Positions 1 through 15,253 of a stretch of 64,000 bases of DNA are shown here, one piece after another. The position numbers were made by a program, and so were the translations under genes. This DNA comes from the human T2T-CHM13v2.0 reference genome, Homo sapiens. Positions within the stretch are counted from its first letter, which is position 1. Every line of letters begins with the position of its first letter. The notes under the pieces are model-generated. The model worked only from the letters and a program-made list of their open reading frames with translations, ran no database searches and was not told the origin of the DNA. The stretch is taken from NCBI RefSeq assembly GCF_009914755.1, contig NC_060933.1. The stretch is one strand, 5' to 3'.

Positions 1-2320
1 TACAATTCCATTCCATTCCATTCCATTCCATTCCGTTCCATTCCGTTCCATTGCATTCCATTCCATTCTATTCGGATTAATTCCATTCCATTCCATTCCA
101 TTCCATTCTATTCCATTCCATTGCAATCGAGTTGAATCCATTGCATTTCATTCCATTCCATTCCATTCCATTCCATTCCGGAAGATTCCATTCCATTGCA
201 TTCCATTCCATTCCATTCTCCTGCACTCGGGTTGATTCCATTCCATTCCATTCCATTCCATTCCGTTCCGTTCCATTCCATTCCATTCCATTCCAATCCA
301 TTCCGTTCCGTTCCATTCCATTCTATTCCATTTTTTCGGGTTAATTCCATTCCATTCCATTCGATTGCAATCGAGTTGATTCCATTCCATTCCATTCCAT
401 TCCATTCCATTCCATTCCTTTCCATTCCATTACGGATGATTCCATTCCATTGCATTGCATTCCATTCCATTCCCCTGTACTCGGGTTGATTCCATTCCAT
501 TCCATTCCAATCCATGCCATTCCACTCGTGTTGATTCCATTCTTTCCATTCCATTCAAGTTGAATCCATTCCATTGCCTTCCATTCCATTCCATTCCCCT
601 GCAGTCGGGTTGATTCCATTCCGTTCCATTCCATTCGATTCCATTCCATTCCAATCCGTTCCTTTCCATTCCATTCCATTCCATTGTATTCGGGTTAATT
701 CCATTCCATTCCATTCCATTCCATTCCATTCCAATCGAGTTGATTCCATTCCATTCCATTCCATTCCATTCCACTCCATTCCAGTCCTTTCCATTCCATT
801 CCACTCGGGTTGATTCCAATGTATTCCTTTCCATTCCATTCCATTCCATTGCAATCGAGTTGATTCCATTGCTTTGCATTCCATTCCATTCCATTCCATT
901 CCGGATGATTCCATTCCATTGCATTCCATTCCATTCCATTCCCCTGCACTCGGGTTGATTCCATTCCATTCCACTCCATTCCGTTCCATTCCATTCCATT
1001 CCATTTTATTCGGGTTAATTCCATTCCATTCCATTCCATTCCATTCCATTCCATTACAATCGAGTTGATTCCATTCCATTCCATTCCATTCCAGTCCTTT
1101 CCATTCCATTCCACTCGGGTTGATTCCATTCTATTAGTTTCCATTCCATTCCATTCCCTTCCATTCCACTCTGGTTGATACCATTCCTTTCCGTTCCACT
1201 CGAATACATTCCCTCCTATTCCACTCGGAACGATTGCATTCCATTCCATTCCATTCCATTCCATTCCATTCCATTCCATTCCATTCCATTTCGTTCCATT
1301 CCATTCTATTCCGTATCATTCCATTCCATTCCATTCCATTCCATTCCATTCCATTCCATTCCATTGTACTCGGGTTGATTCAATTCCATTGCATTCCATT
1401 CCATTCCATTCCATTCCATTCCATTCCGTTGCATTCCATTCCATTACATTCGGATTGATTCTATTCAACTCCCTTACTCTCCATTACATTACATTCCATT
1501 CGGGTTGTTCCATTCCATTCCATTCCATTCCACTCCATTCCATTGCACTCGGGTTGATTCCATTCCATTCCATTCCATTCCATTCCATTCCATTCCTGAT
1601 GATTCCATTCCATTGCATTACTTTCCATTACATTCCCCTGCACTCGCGTTGATTCCATTCCATTCCATTCCATTCCATTCAATTCCATTCCATTACAATT
1701 CGTTCCATTCCATTCTATTCCGTACCATTCCATTCCATTCCATACAATTCCATTCCATTCCATTCCATTCCATTCCGTTCCATTCCGTTCCATTGCATTC
1801 CATTCCATTCTATTCGGATTAATTCCATTCCATTCCATTCCATTCCATTCTATTCCATTCCATTGCAATCGAGTTGAATCCATTGCATTTCATTCCATTC
1901 CATTCCATTCCATTCCATTCCGGAAGATTCCATTCCATTGCATTCCATTCCATTCCATTCCCCTGCACTCGGGTTGATTCCATTCCATTCCATTCCATTC
2001 CATTCCGTTCCGTTCCATTCCATTCCATTCCATTCCAATCCATTCCGTTCCGTTCCATTCCATTCTATTCCATTTTTTCGGGTTAATTCCATTCCATTCC
2101 ATTCGATTGCAATCGAGTTGATTCCATTCCATTCCATTCCATTCCATTCCATTCCATTCCATTCCTTTCCATTCCATTACGGTTGATTCCATTCCATTGC
2201 ATTCCATTCCATTCCATTCCCCTGTACTCGGGTTGATTCCATTCCATTCGATTCCAATCCATGCCATTCCACTCGTGTTGATTCCATTCTTTCCATTCCA
2301 TTCAAGTTGAATCCATTCCA
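1..2320. repeat. Direct repeat, 1-575 matching 1743-2320 (offset ~1742 bp)
   Basis: Shared markers tacaattcc, ccggaagattcc, ttttttcgggtt and caagttgaatcc. Near-identical ORFs 77..316 and 1819..2058. Confidence 0.85.
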
Positions 2321-5300
2321 GTGCATTCCATTCCATTCGATTCCATTTGATTGCACTCGGGTTGATTCCATTCCATTGCATTCCATTCCATTCCATTCCA
2401 TTCCATTCCATTCCATTCCATTCCGTTCCATTCCATTCCATTACATTCGGATTTATTCTATTCAATTCCCTTACACTCCATTACATTCGATTCGGGTAGT
2501 TTCCATTGCATTCCATTCCATTCCTCTCCATTCCATTGCACTCGGGTTGATTCCATTCCATTGAATTCCATTCCATTCCATTCAATTCCATTCCTTTCCT
2601 TTCCATTCCATTACATTCGGATTGATTCTATTCTACTCCCTTACTCTCCATTACATTCCATTCCATTCGGGTTGTTCCATTCCATTCCATTCCATTCCAC
2701 TCCATTCCATTGCACTCGGGTTGATTCCATTCCATTCCATTCCATTCCTTTCCATTCCATTCCGGAAGATTCCATTCCATTGCATTCCATTCCATTCCAT
2801 TCCCCTGCACTCGCGTTGATTCCATTCCATTCCATTCTATTCCATTCCATTCCCTTCCTTTCCTTTCCATTCCATTCCATTCCATTCCATTCCAATCCGT
2901 TCCGTTCCATTCCATTCCATTCCATTCTATTCGGGTTAATTCCATTCCATTCCATTCGATTGCAATCGAGTTGATTCCATTCCATTCCATTCCATTCCAT
3001 TCCATTCCTTTCCATTCCATTACGGATGATTCCATTCCATTGCATTCCATTCCATTCCATTCCCCTGTACTCGGGTTGATTCCATTCCATTCCATTCCAA
3101 TCCATGCCATTCCACTCGTGTTGATTCCATTCTTTCCATTCCATTCAAGTTGAATCCATTCCATTGCATTCCATTCCATTCGATTCCATTCGATTGCACT
3201 CGGGTTGATTCCATTCCACTGCATTCCATTCCATTCCATTCCATTCCATTCCATTCCATTCCATTCCGTTCCATTCCATTCCATTACACTCGGATTGATT
3301 CTATTCAATTCCCTTAGACTCCATTACATTCCATTCCATTCGGGTAGTTTCCATTCCATTCCATTCCATTCCTCTCCATTCCATTGAACTCGGGTTGATT
3401 CCATTCCATTCCATTCCATTCCATTCCATTCCATTCCATTCCATTCAATTCCATTCCGTTCCATTGCATTCCATTACATTCGGATTGACTCTATTCAACT
3501 CCCTTACTCTCCATTACATTCCATTCCATTCGGGTTGTTCCATTCCATTCCATTCCATTCCACTCCATTCCATTGCACTCGGGTTTATTCCATTCCATTC
3601 CATTCCATTCCATTCCATTCCATTCCATTTCGCTCCATTCCATTCTATTCCGTATCATTCCATTCCATTCCATTCCATTCCATTCCAGTCCATTCCACTC
3701 CATTCCATTCCATTCCATTCCATTCCATTCCACTCGTGTTGATTCCATTCCTTTCCATTCCATTAGGTTTGAAGGCATTCCATTCCATTCCATTCCATTC
3801 CATTCCATTCCATTCCATTCCATTCCATTGTACTCGGGTTGATTCCATTCCATTGCATTCCATTCCATTCCATTCCGGATGATTCCATTCCATTGCATTC
3901 CATTCCATTCCATTCCCCTGCACTCGGGTTGATTCCATTCCATTCCATTCCATTACATTCCGTTCCATTCCATTCCATTCCATTCGGATTGATTCTATTC
4001 AATTCCCTTACACTCCATTACATTCCATTCCATTCGGGTAGTTTCCATTCCATTCCATTCCATTCCTCTCCATTCCATTGCACTCGGGTTGATTCCATTC
4101 CATTCCATTCCATTCCATTCCATTCCGGATGATTCCATTCCATTGCATTCCGTTCCATTACATTCCCCTGCACTCGCGTTGATTCCATTCCATTCCATTC
4201 CATTCCATTGAATTCCATTCCATTACAATTCCTTCCATTCCATTCTATTCCGTACCATTCCATTGCATTCCATATCATTCCATTGCATTCCATTCCATTC
4301 CATTCCATTCCATTCCATTCCATTCCACTCCACTCCGTTCCATTCCATTCCATTCCATTCCATTCCATTGTATTCGGGTTAATTCCATTCCATTCCATTC
4401 CATTCCATTCCATTCCATTACAATCGAGTTGATTCCATTCCATTCCATTCCAGTCCTTTCCATTCCATTCCACTCGGGTTGATTCCAATCTATTAGTTTC
4501 CATTCCATTCCATTCCCTTCCATTCCACTCTGGTTGATTCCATTCCTTTCCATTCCACTCGAATACATTCCCTCCTATTCCACTCCGAACGATTCCATTC
4601 CATTCCATTCCATTCCATTCCATTCCGTTCCATTCCATTCCATTACATTCGGATTGATACTATTCAATTCCCTTACACTCCATTACATTCCATTCCATTC
4701 GGGTAGTTTCCATTCCATTCCATTCCATTCCTCTCCATTCCATTGCACTCGGGTTGATTCCACTCCATTGCATTCCATTCCATTCCATTCAATTCCATTC
4801 CGTTCCATTCCATTCCATTACATTCGGATTGATTCTATTCAACTCCCTTACTCTCCATTACATTCCATTCCATTCGGGTTGTTCCATTCCATTCCATTCC
4901 ATTCCACTCCATTCCATTGCACTCGGGTTGATTCCATTCCATTCCATTCCATTCCATTCCATTCCATTCCATTCCGGATGATTCCATTCCATTACATTCC
5001 GTTCCATTACATTCCCCTGCACTCGGGTTGATTCCATTCCATTCCATTCCATTCCATTCGATTCCATTCCATTCCAATTCTTTCCATTCCATTCTATTCC
5101 GTACCATTCCATTCCATTCCATACAATTCCATTCCATTCCATTCCATTCCGTTCCGTTCCGTTCCGTTCCGTTCCGTTCCATTCCATTCCATTCCATTCT
5201 ATTCGGGTTAATTCCATTCCATTCCATTCCATTCCATTCTATTCCATTCCATTGCAATCGAGTTGAATCCATTGCATTCCATTCCATTCCATTCCGGAAG

Positions 5301-7189
5301 ATTCCATTGCATTGCATTCCATTCCATTCCATTCCCCTGCACTCGTGTTGATTCCATTCCATTCCATTCCATTCCATTCCATTCCGAACCGTTCCATTAA
5401 ATTCCATTCCATTCCATTCCATTCCGTTCCGTTCCATTCCATTCCATTCCATTCCATTCTATGCGGGTTAATTCCATTCCATTCCATTCGATTGCAATCG
5501 AGTTGATTCCATTCCATTCCATTCCATTCCATTCCATTCCATTCCTTTCCATTACATTACGTATGATTCCATTCCATTTCATTCCATTCCATTCCATTCC
5601 CCTGTACTCGGGTTGATTCCATTCCATTCCATTCCAATCCATGCCATTCCACTCGTGTTGATTCCATTCTTTCCATTCCATTCAAGTTGAATCCATTCCA
5701 TTGCATTCCATTCCATTCGATTCCATTCGATTGCACTCGGGTTGATTCCATGGCTTTGCATTCCATTCCATTCCATTCCATTCCTTTCCATTCCATTACA
5801 TTCCATTCGGATTCATTCTATTCAATTCCCTTACACTCCATTACATTCCATTCCATTCGGGTAGTTTCCATTCCATTCCATTCCATTCCTCTCCATTCCA
5901 TTGCACTCGGGTTGATTCCATTCCATTCCATTCCATTCCATTCCATTCCATTCCATTCCGGATGATTCCATTCCATTGAATTCCATTCCATTCCATTCCC
6001 CAGCACTTGGGTTGATTCCATTCCATTCCATTCCATTCCTTTCTGTTCCATTCCATTCCATTCCATTCCATTCTATTCGTGTTAATTCCATTCCATTCTA
6101 TTCCATTCCATTCCATTGAAATCGAGTTGATTCCATTCCATTCCATTCCATTCCATTCCATTCCATTCCATTCCATTCCATTCCGGATGATTCCATTGCA
6201 TTGCATTCCATTCCATTCCATTCCCCTGCACTCGGGTTGATTCCATTCGATTCCATTGCATTACATTCCGTTCCATTCCGTTCCATTTCATTCTATTCGG
6301 GTTAATTCCATTCCATTGCATTCCACTCCATTCCAGTCCTTTCCATTCCATTCCACTCGGGTTGATTCCATTCTATTCCTTTCCATTCCATTCCATTCCA
6401 TTGCAATCGAGTTGATTCCATTCGAGTTGAATCCATTCCATTCCATTCCATTCCATTGCACACGGGTTCATTCCATTCCATTCCATTCCATTCCATTTCA
6501 TTCCATTCCATTCTATTCCGTACCATTCCATTCCATCCCATTCCATTCCGTTCCATTCCATGCCATTACACTCGGGTTGATTCCATTCCTTTCCATTCCA
6601 TTCTTGTTGAATCCATTCAATTCCATTCCATTCCATTCGAATCCTTTCCATTGCACTCGGGTTGATTCCATTCCATTCCATTCCATTCCATTTCATTCCA
6701 TTCCATTCCATTACATTCGGATTGATTCTATTCAATTCCCTTACACTCCATTACATTCCATTCCATTCGGGATGATTCCATTCCATTCCATTCCATTCCA
6801 CTCCATTCCATTGCATCAGGTTGATGGCATTCCATTCCATTCCATTCCATTCCGGATGATTCCATTCCATTGCATTCCATTCCATTCCATTCCCCTGTAC
6901 TCGGGTTGATTCCATTCCATTCCATTCCTTTCCATTCCATTCCGTTCCATTCCATTCCATTCCATTCTATTCTGGTTAATTCCATTCCATTACATTCGAT
7001 TCCATTCCATTGCCTTCCATTCCATTGCAATCGAGTTGATTCCATTCCATTCCATTCCATTCCGTTCCGGATGATTCCATTCCTTTCCATTCCATTCCAT
7101 TCCATTCCATTCCCCTGCAGTCGGGTTGATTCCATTCCATTCCATTCCATTCCATTCCATTCCGTTCCATTCCATTCCATTCCATTCTA

Positions 7190-10100
7190 TTCGGGTTAAT
7201 TCCATTCCATTCCATTCCATTCCATTCCATTCCATTCCATTCCATTCCAATCGAGTTGATTCCATTCCATTCCATTCCATTCCATTCCATTCCACTCCAT
7301 TCCAGTCCTTTCCATTCCATTACACTCGGGTTGATTCCATTCTATTCCTTTCCATTCCATTCCATTCCATTGCAATCGAGTTGATTCCATGGCTTTGCAT
7401 TCCATTCCATTCCATTCCATTCCGGATGATTCCATTCCGTTGCATTCCGTTCCATTACATTCCCCTGCACTCGGGTTGATTCCATTCCATTCCATTCCTT
7501 TCCATTCGATTCCATTCCATTCCCCTGCACTCGCGTTGATTCCATTCCATTCCATTCCATTCCATTCCATTCCATTCCTTTCCGTTCCATTCCATTCCAT
7601 TCCATTCCGTTCCGTTCCATTCCATTCCATTCCATTCTATTCGCGTTAATTCCATTCCATTCCATTCGATTGCAATCGAGTTGATTCCATTCCATTCCAT
7701 TCCATTCCATTCCATTCCATTCCGTTCCATTCCATTCCTTTCCATTCCATTACGGATGATTCTATTCCATTGCATTCCATTCCATTCCATTCCCCTGTAC
7801 TCGGGTTGATTCCATTGCATTCCATTCCATTCCATTCCCCTGCAGTCGGGTTGATTCCATTCCATTCCATTCCATTCCATTCCATTCCATTCCATTCCGT
7901 TCCGTTCCGTTCCGTTCCATTCCATTCCATTCCATTCTATTCGGGTTAATTCCATTCCATTCCATTCCATTCCATTCCATTCCATTCCATTCCATTCCTT
8001 TCCATTGCATTCCATTCCATTCCATTCCATTCCGTTCCGTTCCATTCCATTCCATTCCATTCTATTCGCGTTAATTCCATTCCATTCCATTCGATTGCAA
8101 TTGAGTTGATTCCATTCCATTCCATTCCATTCCATTCCATTCCATTCCATTCCATTCCTTTCCATTCCATTACGGATGATTCTATTCCATTGCATTCCAT
8201 TCCATTCCATTCCCCTGTACTCGGGTTGATTCCATTGCATTCCATTCCATTCCATTCCCCTGCAGTCGGGTTGATTCCATTCCATTCCATTCCATTCCAT
8301 TCCATTCCATTCCATTCCATTCCATTCCATTCCGTTCCGTTCCATTCCATTCCATTCCATTCTATTCGGGTTAATTCCATTCCATTCCATTCCATTCCAT
8401 TCCATTCCATTCCATTCCAGTCGAGTTGATTCCATTCCATTCCATTCCATTCCATTCCACTCCATTCCAGTCCTTTCCATTCCATTCCACTCGGGTTGAT
8501 TCCAATGTATTCCTTTCCATTCCATTCCATTCCATTGCAATCGAGTTGATTCCATTGCTTTGCATTCCATTCCATTCCATTCCATTCCGGATGACTCCAT
8601 TCCATTGCATTCCATTCCATTGCATTCCCCTGCACTCGGGTTGATTCCATTCCATTCCACTCCATTCCTTTGCATTCCATTCCATTCCATTGTATTCGGG
8701 TTAATTCCATTCCATTCCATTCCATTCCATTACAATCGAGTTGATTCCATTCCATTCCATTCCATTCCATTCCATTCCATTCCATTCCAGTCCTTTCCAT
8801 TCCATTCCACTCGGGTTGATTCCATTCTATTAGTTTCCATTCCATTCCATTCCCTTCCATTCCACTCTGGTTGATTCCATTCCTTTCCATTCCACTCGAA
8901 TACATTCCCTCCTATTCCACTCCGAACGATTCCATTCCATTCCATTCCATTCCATTCCATTCCATTCCGTTCCATTCCATTCCATTACATTCGGATTGAT
9001 ACTATTCAATTCCCTTACACTCCATTACATTCCATTCCATTCGGGTAGTTTCCATTCCATTCCATTCCATTCCTCTCCATTCCATTGCACTCGGGTTGAT
9101 TCCACTCCATTGCATTCCATTCCATTCCATTCAATTCCATTCCGTTCCATTCCATTCCATTACATTCGGATTGATTCTATTCAACTCCCTTACTCTCCAT
9201 TACATTCCATTCCATTCGGGTTGTTCCATTCCATTCCATTCCATTCCACTCCATTCCATTGCACTCGGGTTGATTCCATTCCATTCCATTCCATTCCATT
9301 CCATTCCATTCCGGATGATTCCATTCCATTACATTCCGTTCCATTACATTCCCCTGCACTCGGGTTGATTCCATTCCATTCCATTCCATTCCATTCGATT
9401 CCATTCCATTCCAATTCTTTCCATTCCATTCTATTCCGTACCATTCCATTCCATTCCATACAATTCCATTCCATTCCATTCCATTCCGTTCCGTTCCGTT
9501 CCGTTCCGTTCCATTCCATTCCATTCTATTCGGGTTAATTCCATTCCATTCCATTCCATTCCATTCCAATCCATTCCGTTCCATTCCATTCCATTCCATT
9601 CTATTCGGGTTAATTCCATTCCATTCCATTCCATTCCATTCCATTCCATTCCATTCCATTCCATTCCAATCGAGTTGATTCCATTCCATTCCATTCCATT
9701 CCATTCCATTCCATTCCATTCCATTCCACTCCATTCCAGTCCTTTCCATTCCATTACACTCGGGTTGATTCCATTCTATTCCTTTCCATTCCATTCCATT
9801 CCATTGCAATCGAGTTGATTCCATGGCTTTGCATTCCATTCCATTCCATTCCATTCCGGATGATTCCATTCCGTTGCATTCCGTTCCATTACATTCCCCT
9901 GCACTCGGGTTGATTCCATTCCATTCCATTCCTTTCCATTCGATTCCATTCCATTCCCCTGCACTCGCGTTGATTCCATTCCATTCCATTCCATTCCATT
10001 CCATTCCTTTGCGTTCCATTCCATTCCATTCCATTCCGTTCCGTTCCATTCCATTCTATTCCATTCTATTCGCGTTAATTCCATTCCATTCCATTCGATT

Positions 10101-10770
10101 GCAATCGAGTTGATTCCATTCCATTCCATTCCATTCCATTCCGTTCCGTTCCATTCCATTCCTTTCCATTCCATTACGGATGATTCTATTCCATTGCATT
10201 CCATTCCATTCCATTCCCCTGTACTCGGGTTGATTCCATTGCATTCCATTCCATTCCATTCCCCTGCAGTCGGGTTGATTCCATTATATTCCATTCCATT
10301 CCATTCCGTTCCGTTCCGTTCCGTTCCATTCCATTCCATTCCATTCTATTCGGGTTAATTCCATTCCATTCCATTCCATTCCATTCCATTCCATTCCATT
10401 CCGTTCCTTTCCGTTCCATTCCATTCCATTCCATTCCATTCCATTCCGTTCCATTCCATTCCATTCTATTCGCGTTAATTCCATTCCATTCCATTCGATT
10501 GCAATTGAGTTGATTCCATTCCATTCCATTCCATTCCATTCCATTCCATTCCTTTCCATTCCATTACCGATGATTCTATTCCATTGCATTCCATTCCATT
10601 CCATTCCCCTGTACTCGGGTTGATTCCATTGCATTCCATTCCATTCCATTCCCCTGCAGTCGGGTTGATTCCATTCCATTCCATTCCATTCCATTCCATT
10701 CCATTCCATTCAATTCCGTTCCGTTCCATTCCATTCCATTCCATTCCATTCTATTCGGGTTAATTCCATT
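7190..10770. repeat. Nested duplication: a ~1.2 kb block (7190-8370 matching 9600-10770, offset ~2.43 kb) that itself contains a 400-420 bp tandem pair
   Basis: Marker ccatggctttgc at ~7387 and ~9821. tattcgcgttaa at ~7638/8063 and ~10067/10467. gatgattctattcc...cccctgtactc...cccctgcagtc occurs twice in each block. Confidence 0.82.
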
Positions 10771-13700
10771 CCATTCCATTCCATTCCATTCCATTCCATT
10801 CCAGTCCTTTCCATTCCATTCCACTCGGGTTGATTCCATTCCTTTCCATTCCTTTATATTTCATTCCATTCCACTCCATTCAATGCCATTCCACGCGGGT
10901 TTATTCCATTCCTTTCCATTCCATTCGTGTTGAATCCATTCCATTCCATTCCATTCCATTCGATTCCATTACACTGCCCTCGGGTTGATTCCATTCCATT
11001 CCATTCCATTACATTTCATTCTATTCCATTCCATTCCATTCCATTCCATTCCATTCAATTCCATTCCATGCCATTCCACTCGTGTTGATTCCATTCCTTT
11101 CCATTCCATTCGAGTTGAACCCATTCCATTCCATTCCATTCCATTCCATTCCATTCCATTCCATTGCACACGGGTTCATTCCATTCCATTCCATTCCATT
11201 CCGTTCCATTCCATTCCGTTCCATTCCATTCCATTCCATTCTGTTCAGCTTAATTCCATTCTATTCCTTTCCCTTCCATTCCATTCCATTCCATCCCATT
11301 GCAATCGAGTTGATTCCATTGCATTCCATTCCATTACATTCCATTGCATTCCATTCCATTCCATTCCCCTGCACTCAGGTTGATTCCATTCGATTCCATT
11401 CCATTCCATTCCATTCCATTCCGTTCCATTCCATTCCATTCCATTCTGTTCAGGATAATTCCATTCCATTCCATTCCCTTCCATTCCATTCCATTCCATT
11501 CCATTCCATTCCATCCAATTGCAATCGAGTTGATTCCATTGCATTCCATTCCATTCCATTCCATTGCATTCCATTCCATTAGATTCCATTCCATTGCATT
11601 CCATTCCATTCCATTCCCCTGCACTCAGATTGATTCCATTCGATCCCATTCCATTCCATTCCGTTCCATTCCATTCCATTCCATTCTATTCGCGTTAATT
11701 CCATTCCATTCCATTACATTCCATTGCAATCGAGTTGATTCCATTCCATTCCGTTCCATTCCATTCCATTCCATTCCATTTCGTTCCATTCCATTCTATT
11801 CCGTACCATTCCATTCCATTCCATTCCATTCCATTCCATTCCATTCCATGCCATTCCACTCGGGTTGATTCTATTGCTTTCCATTCCATTTGGGTTGAAT
11901 CCAATACATTCCATTCCATTCCATTCCATTCCATTCCATTGCACTAGGTTTGATTCCATTCCACTGCATTCCATTCCATTCCATTCCGTTCCATTCCATT
12001 CCATTACATTCGGATTGATTGTATTCAATTCCTTACACTCCATTACATTCCATTCCATTCGGGTTGTTTCCATTCCATTCCATTCCATTCCATTCCATTC
12101 CATTCCATTGCACTCAGGTTGATTCCATTCCACTCCATTCCATTCCATTCCATTCCATTCCATTCCATTCCATTTCGTTCCATTCCATTCCATTCCGTAC
12201 CATTCCATTCCATTCCATTCCATTCCATGCCATTCCACTCGGGTTTATTCCATTCCTTTCCATTCCATTCGGGTTGAATCCATTCCATTCCATTCCATTC
12301 CATTCCATTCCATTCCATTGCACTCGGGTTGATTCCATTCCATTCCCTGCCATTCCATTTCATTCCATTCCATTCCATTCCATTGCATTCCATTCCATTC
12401 CGTTCCATTCCATTCCATTACATTCGGATTGATTGTATTCAATTCCCTTACACTCCATTACATTCCATTCCATTCGTGTTGTTTCCGTTCCATTACATTC
12501 CATTCCACTCCATTCCATTGCACTCAGGTTGATTCCATTCCATTCCATTCCATTCCATTCCATTCCATTCCATTCCATTTCGTTCCATTCCATTCTATTC
12601 CCTACCATTCCATTTCATTCCATTCCATTCCATGCCAATCCACTCGGGTTTATTCCATTCCTTTCCATTCCATTCGGGTTGAATCCATTCCATTCCATTC
12701 CATTCCATTCCATTCCATTCCATTCCATTCCCCTGCAATCGGGTGGATTCCATTCTATTCCATTCCATTCCATTCCATTCCATTCCATTCCATTTCGTTC
12801 CATTCCATTCTATTCCGTACCATTCCTTTCCATTCCATTCCATTCCATTCCATGCCATGCCATTCCACTCGGGTTGATTCCATTCCTTTCCATTCCATTC
12901 TAGTTGAAACCATTACATTGCATTCCATTCCATTCGATTCCATTCAATTGCACACGGGTTCATTCCATTCCATTCCATTCCATTCCATTCCATTCCATTT
13001 CGTTCCATTCCATTCTATTCCGTTCCATTCCCTTCCATTCAATTCCATTCCACTCCATTCCATGCCATTCCACTCGGGTTTATTCCATTCCCTTCCATTC
13101 CATTCGGGATGAATCCATTCCATTCCATTCCATTCCATTCCATTCCATTCCATGCCATTCCACTCGGGTTGATTCCATTCTTTTCCATTCCATTCGAGTT
13201 GAACCCATTCCATTCCATTCCATTCCATTCCATTCCATTCCATTCCACTCGGGTTGATTCCATTCCCTTCCATTCCATTCTGGTTGAAACCATTCCATTC
13301 CTTTCCATTCCTTTCGATTCCATTCCATTTCACTCGGGTTAATCCCATTCCATTGCATTCCATTCCATTCCATTGCATTCCATTCCGTTCCATTCCATTC
13401 CATTACATTCGTATTGATTCTATTCAATTCCCTTACTCTCCATTACATTCCATTCCATTCGGGTTGTTTCCATTCCATTCCATTCCATTCCACTCCATTC
13501 CATTGCAATCGGGTTGATTCCATTCCATTCCATTGCATTCCATTCCATTTCATTCCATTCCATTCCATTCCATTCCATTCCGTATGATTCCATTCCATTG
13601 CATTCCATTCCATTCCATTCCACTGCACTCGGTTGGATTCCATTCTATTCCATTCCATTCCATTCCATTCCATTCCATTCCATTCCATTCCATTCCATTC

Positions 13701-15253
13701 TATTCGGGTTAATTTCATTCCATTCCCTTCCATTCCCTTCCATTCCATTCCATTCCATTCCATTGAAATCGAGTTGATTCCATTCCATTCCATTCCATTC
13801 CATTCCATTCCATTCTATTCGTGTTAATTCCATTCCATTCCATTCCATTCCATTCCCTTCCATTCCATTCCATTCCATTCCATTCCATTCCATTCCATTC
13901 CATTCTATTAAGGTTAATTCCATTCCATTCCATTCCGTTACATTCCATTCCATTCCATTCCACTCCATTCCATGCCATTCCACTCGGGTTTATTCCATTC
14001 CTTTCCATTCCATTCGGGTTGAGTCCATTCCATTCCATTCCATTCCATTCCATTCCATGCCATTGCACTCGGGTTGATTCCATTCCTTTCCATTCCATTC
14101 GAATTGAACCCATTCCATTCCCTTCCATTCCATTCCATTCCATTCCATTCCATTGCTCACGGGTTCATTCCATTCCATTCCATTCCATTCCATTCCATTC
14201 CATTTCGTTCCATTCCATTCTACTCCGTACCATTCCATTCCATTCCATTCCCTTCCATGCCATTTCACTCAGGTTTATTCCATTCCTTTCCATTCCATTC
14301 GGGTTGAATCCATTCCATTCCATTCCATTCCATTCCATTGCGCTCGGGTTGATTCCATTCCATTCTATGCCATTCCATTTCATTCCGTTCCATTCCATTC
14401 CATTCCTTTCCATTCCTTTCCTTTCAATTCCATTCCATTACATTCGGATTGATTCTTTTTAATTCCCTTACACTCCATTACATTCCATTCCATTCGGGTA
14501 CTTTCCATTCCATTCCATTCCATTCCACTGCATTCTATTGCACTCGGGTTGATTGATTCCATTAGATTGCATTCCATTCCATTCCATTCCCCTGCACTCG
14601 GGTTGATCCCATTCCATTGCATTCCATTCCATTCCTTTCCATTCCATTCCGTTCCATTCCATTCCATTCCATTCTGTTCAGGTTAATTCCATTCCATTCC
14701 ATTCCATTCCATTCCATTCCATCCCATTGCAATCTAGTTGATTCCATTGCATTCCATTCCATTCCATTCCATTCCATTGCATTCCATTCCATTCCATTCC
14801 CCTGCACTCAGATTGATTCCATTCCATCCCATTCCATTCCATTACGTTCCATTACATTCCATTCCATTCTATTCGCGTTAATTCCATTCCATTCCATTCC
14901 ATTACATTCCTTTGCAATCGAGTTGATTCCATTCCATTCCGTTCCATTCCGTTCCATTCCATTCCATTTCGTTCCATTCCATTCTATTCTGTACCATTCC
15001 ATTCCATTCCATTCCATTCCATGCCATTCCACTCGGGTTGATTCCATTGCTTTCCATTCCATTTGGGTTGAATCCAATCCATTCCATTCCATTCCATTCC
15101 ATTCCATTCCATTCCATTCCATTGCACTAGGTTTGATTCCATTCCACTGCATTCCATTCCATTCCTTTCCGTTCCATTCCATTCCATTACATTCGGATTG
15201 ATTGTATTCAATTCCCTTACACTCCATTACATTCCATTCCATTCGGGTTGTTT

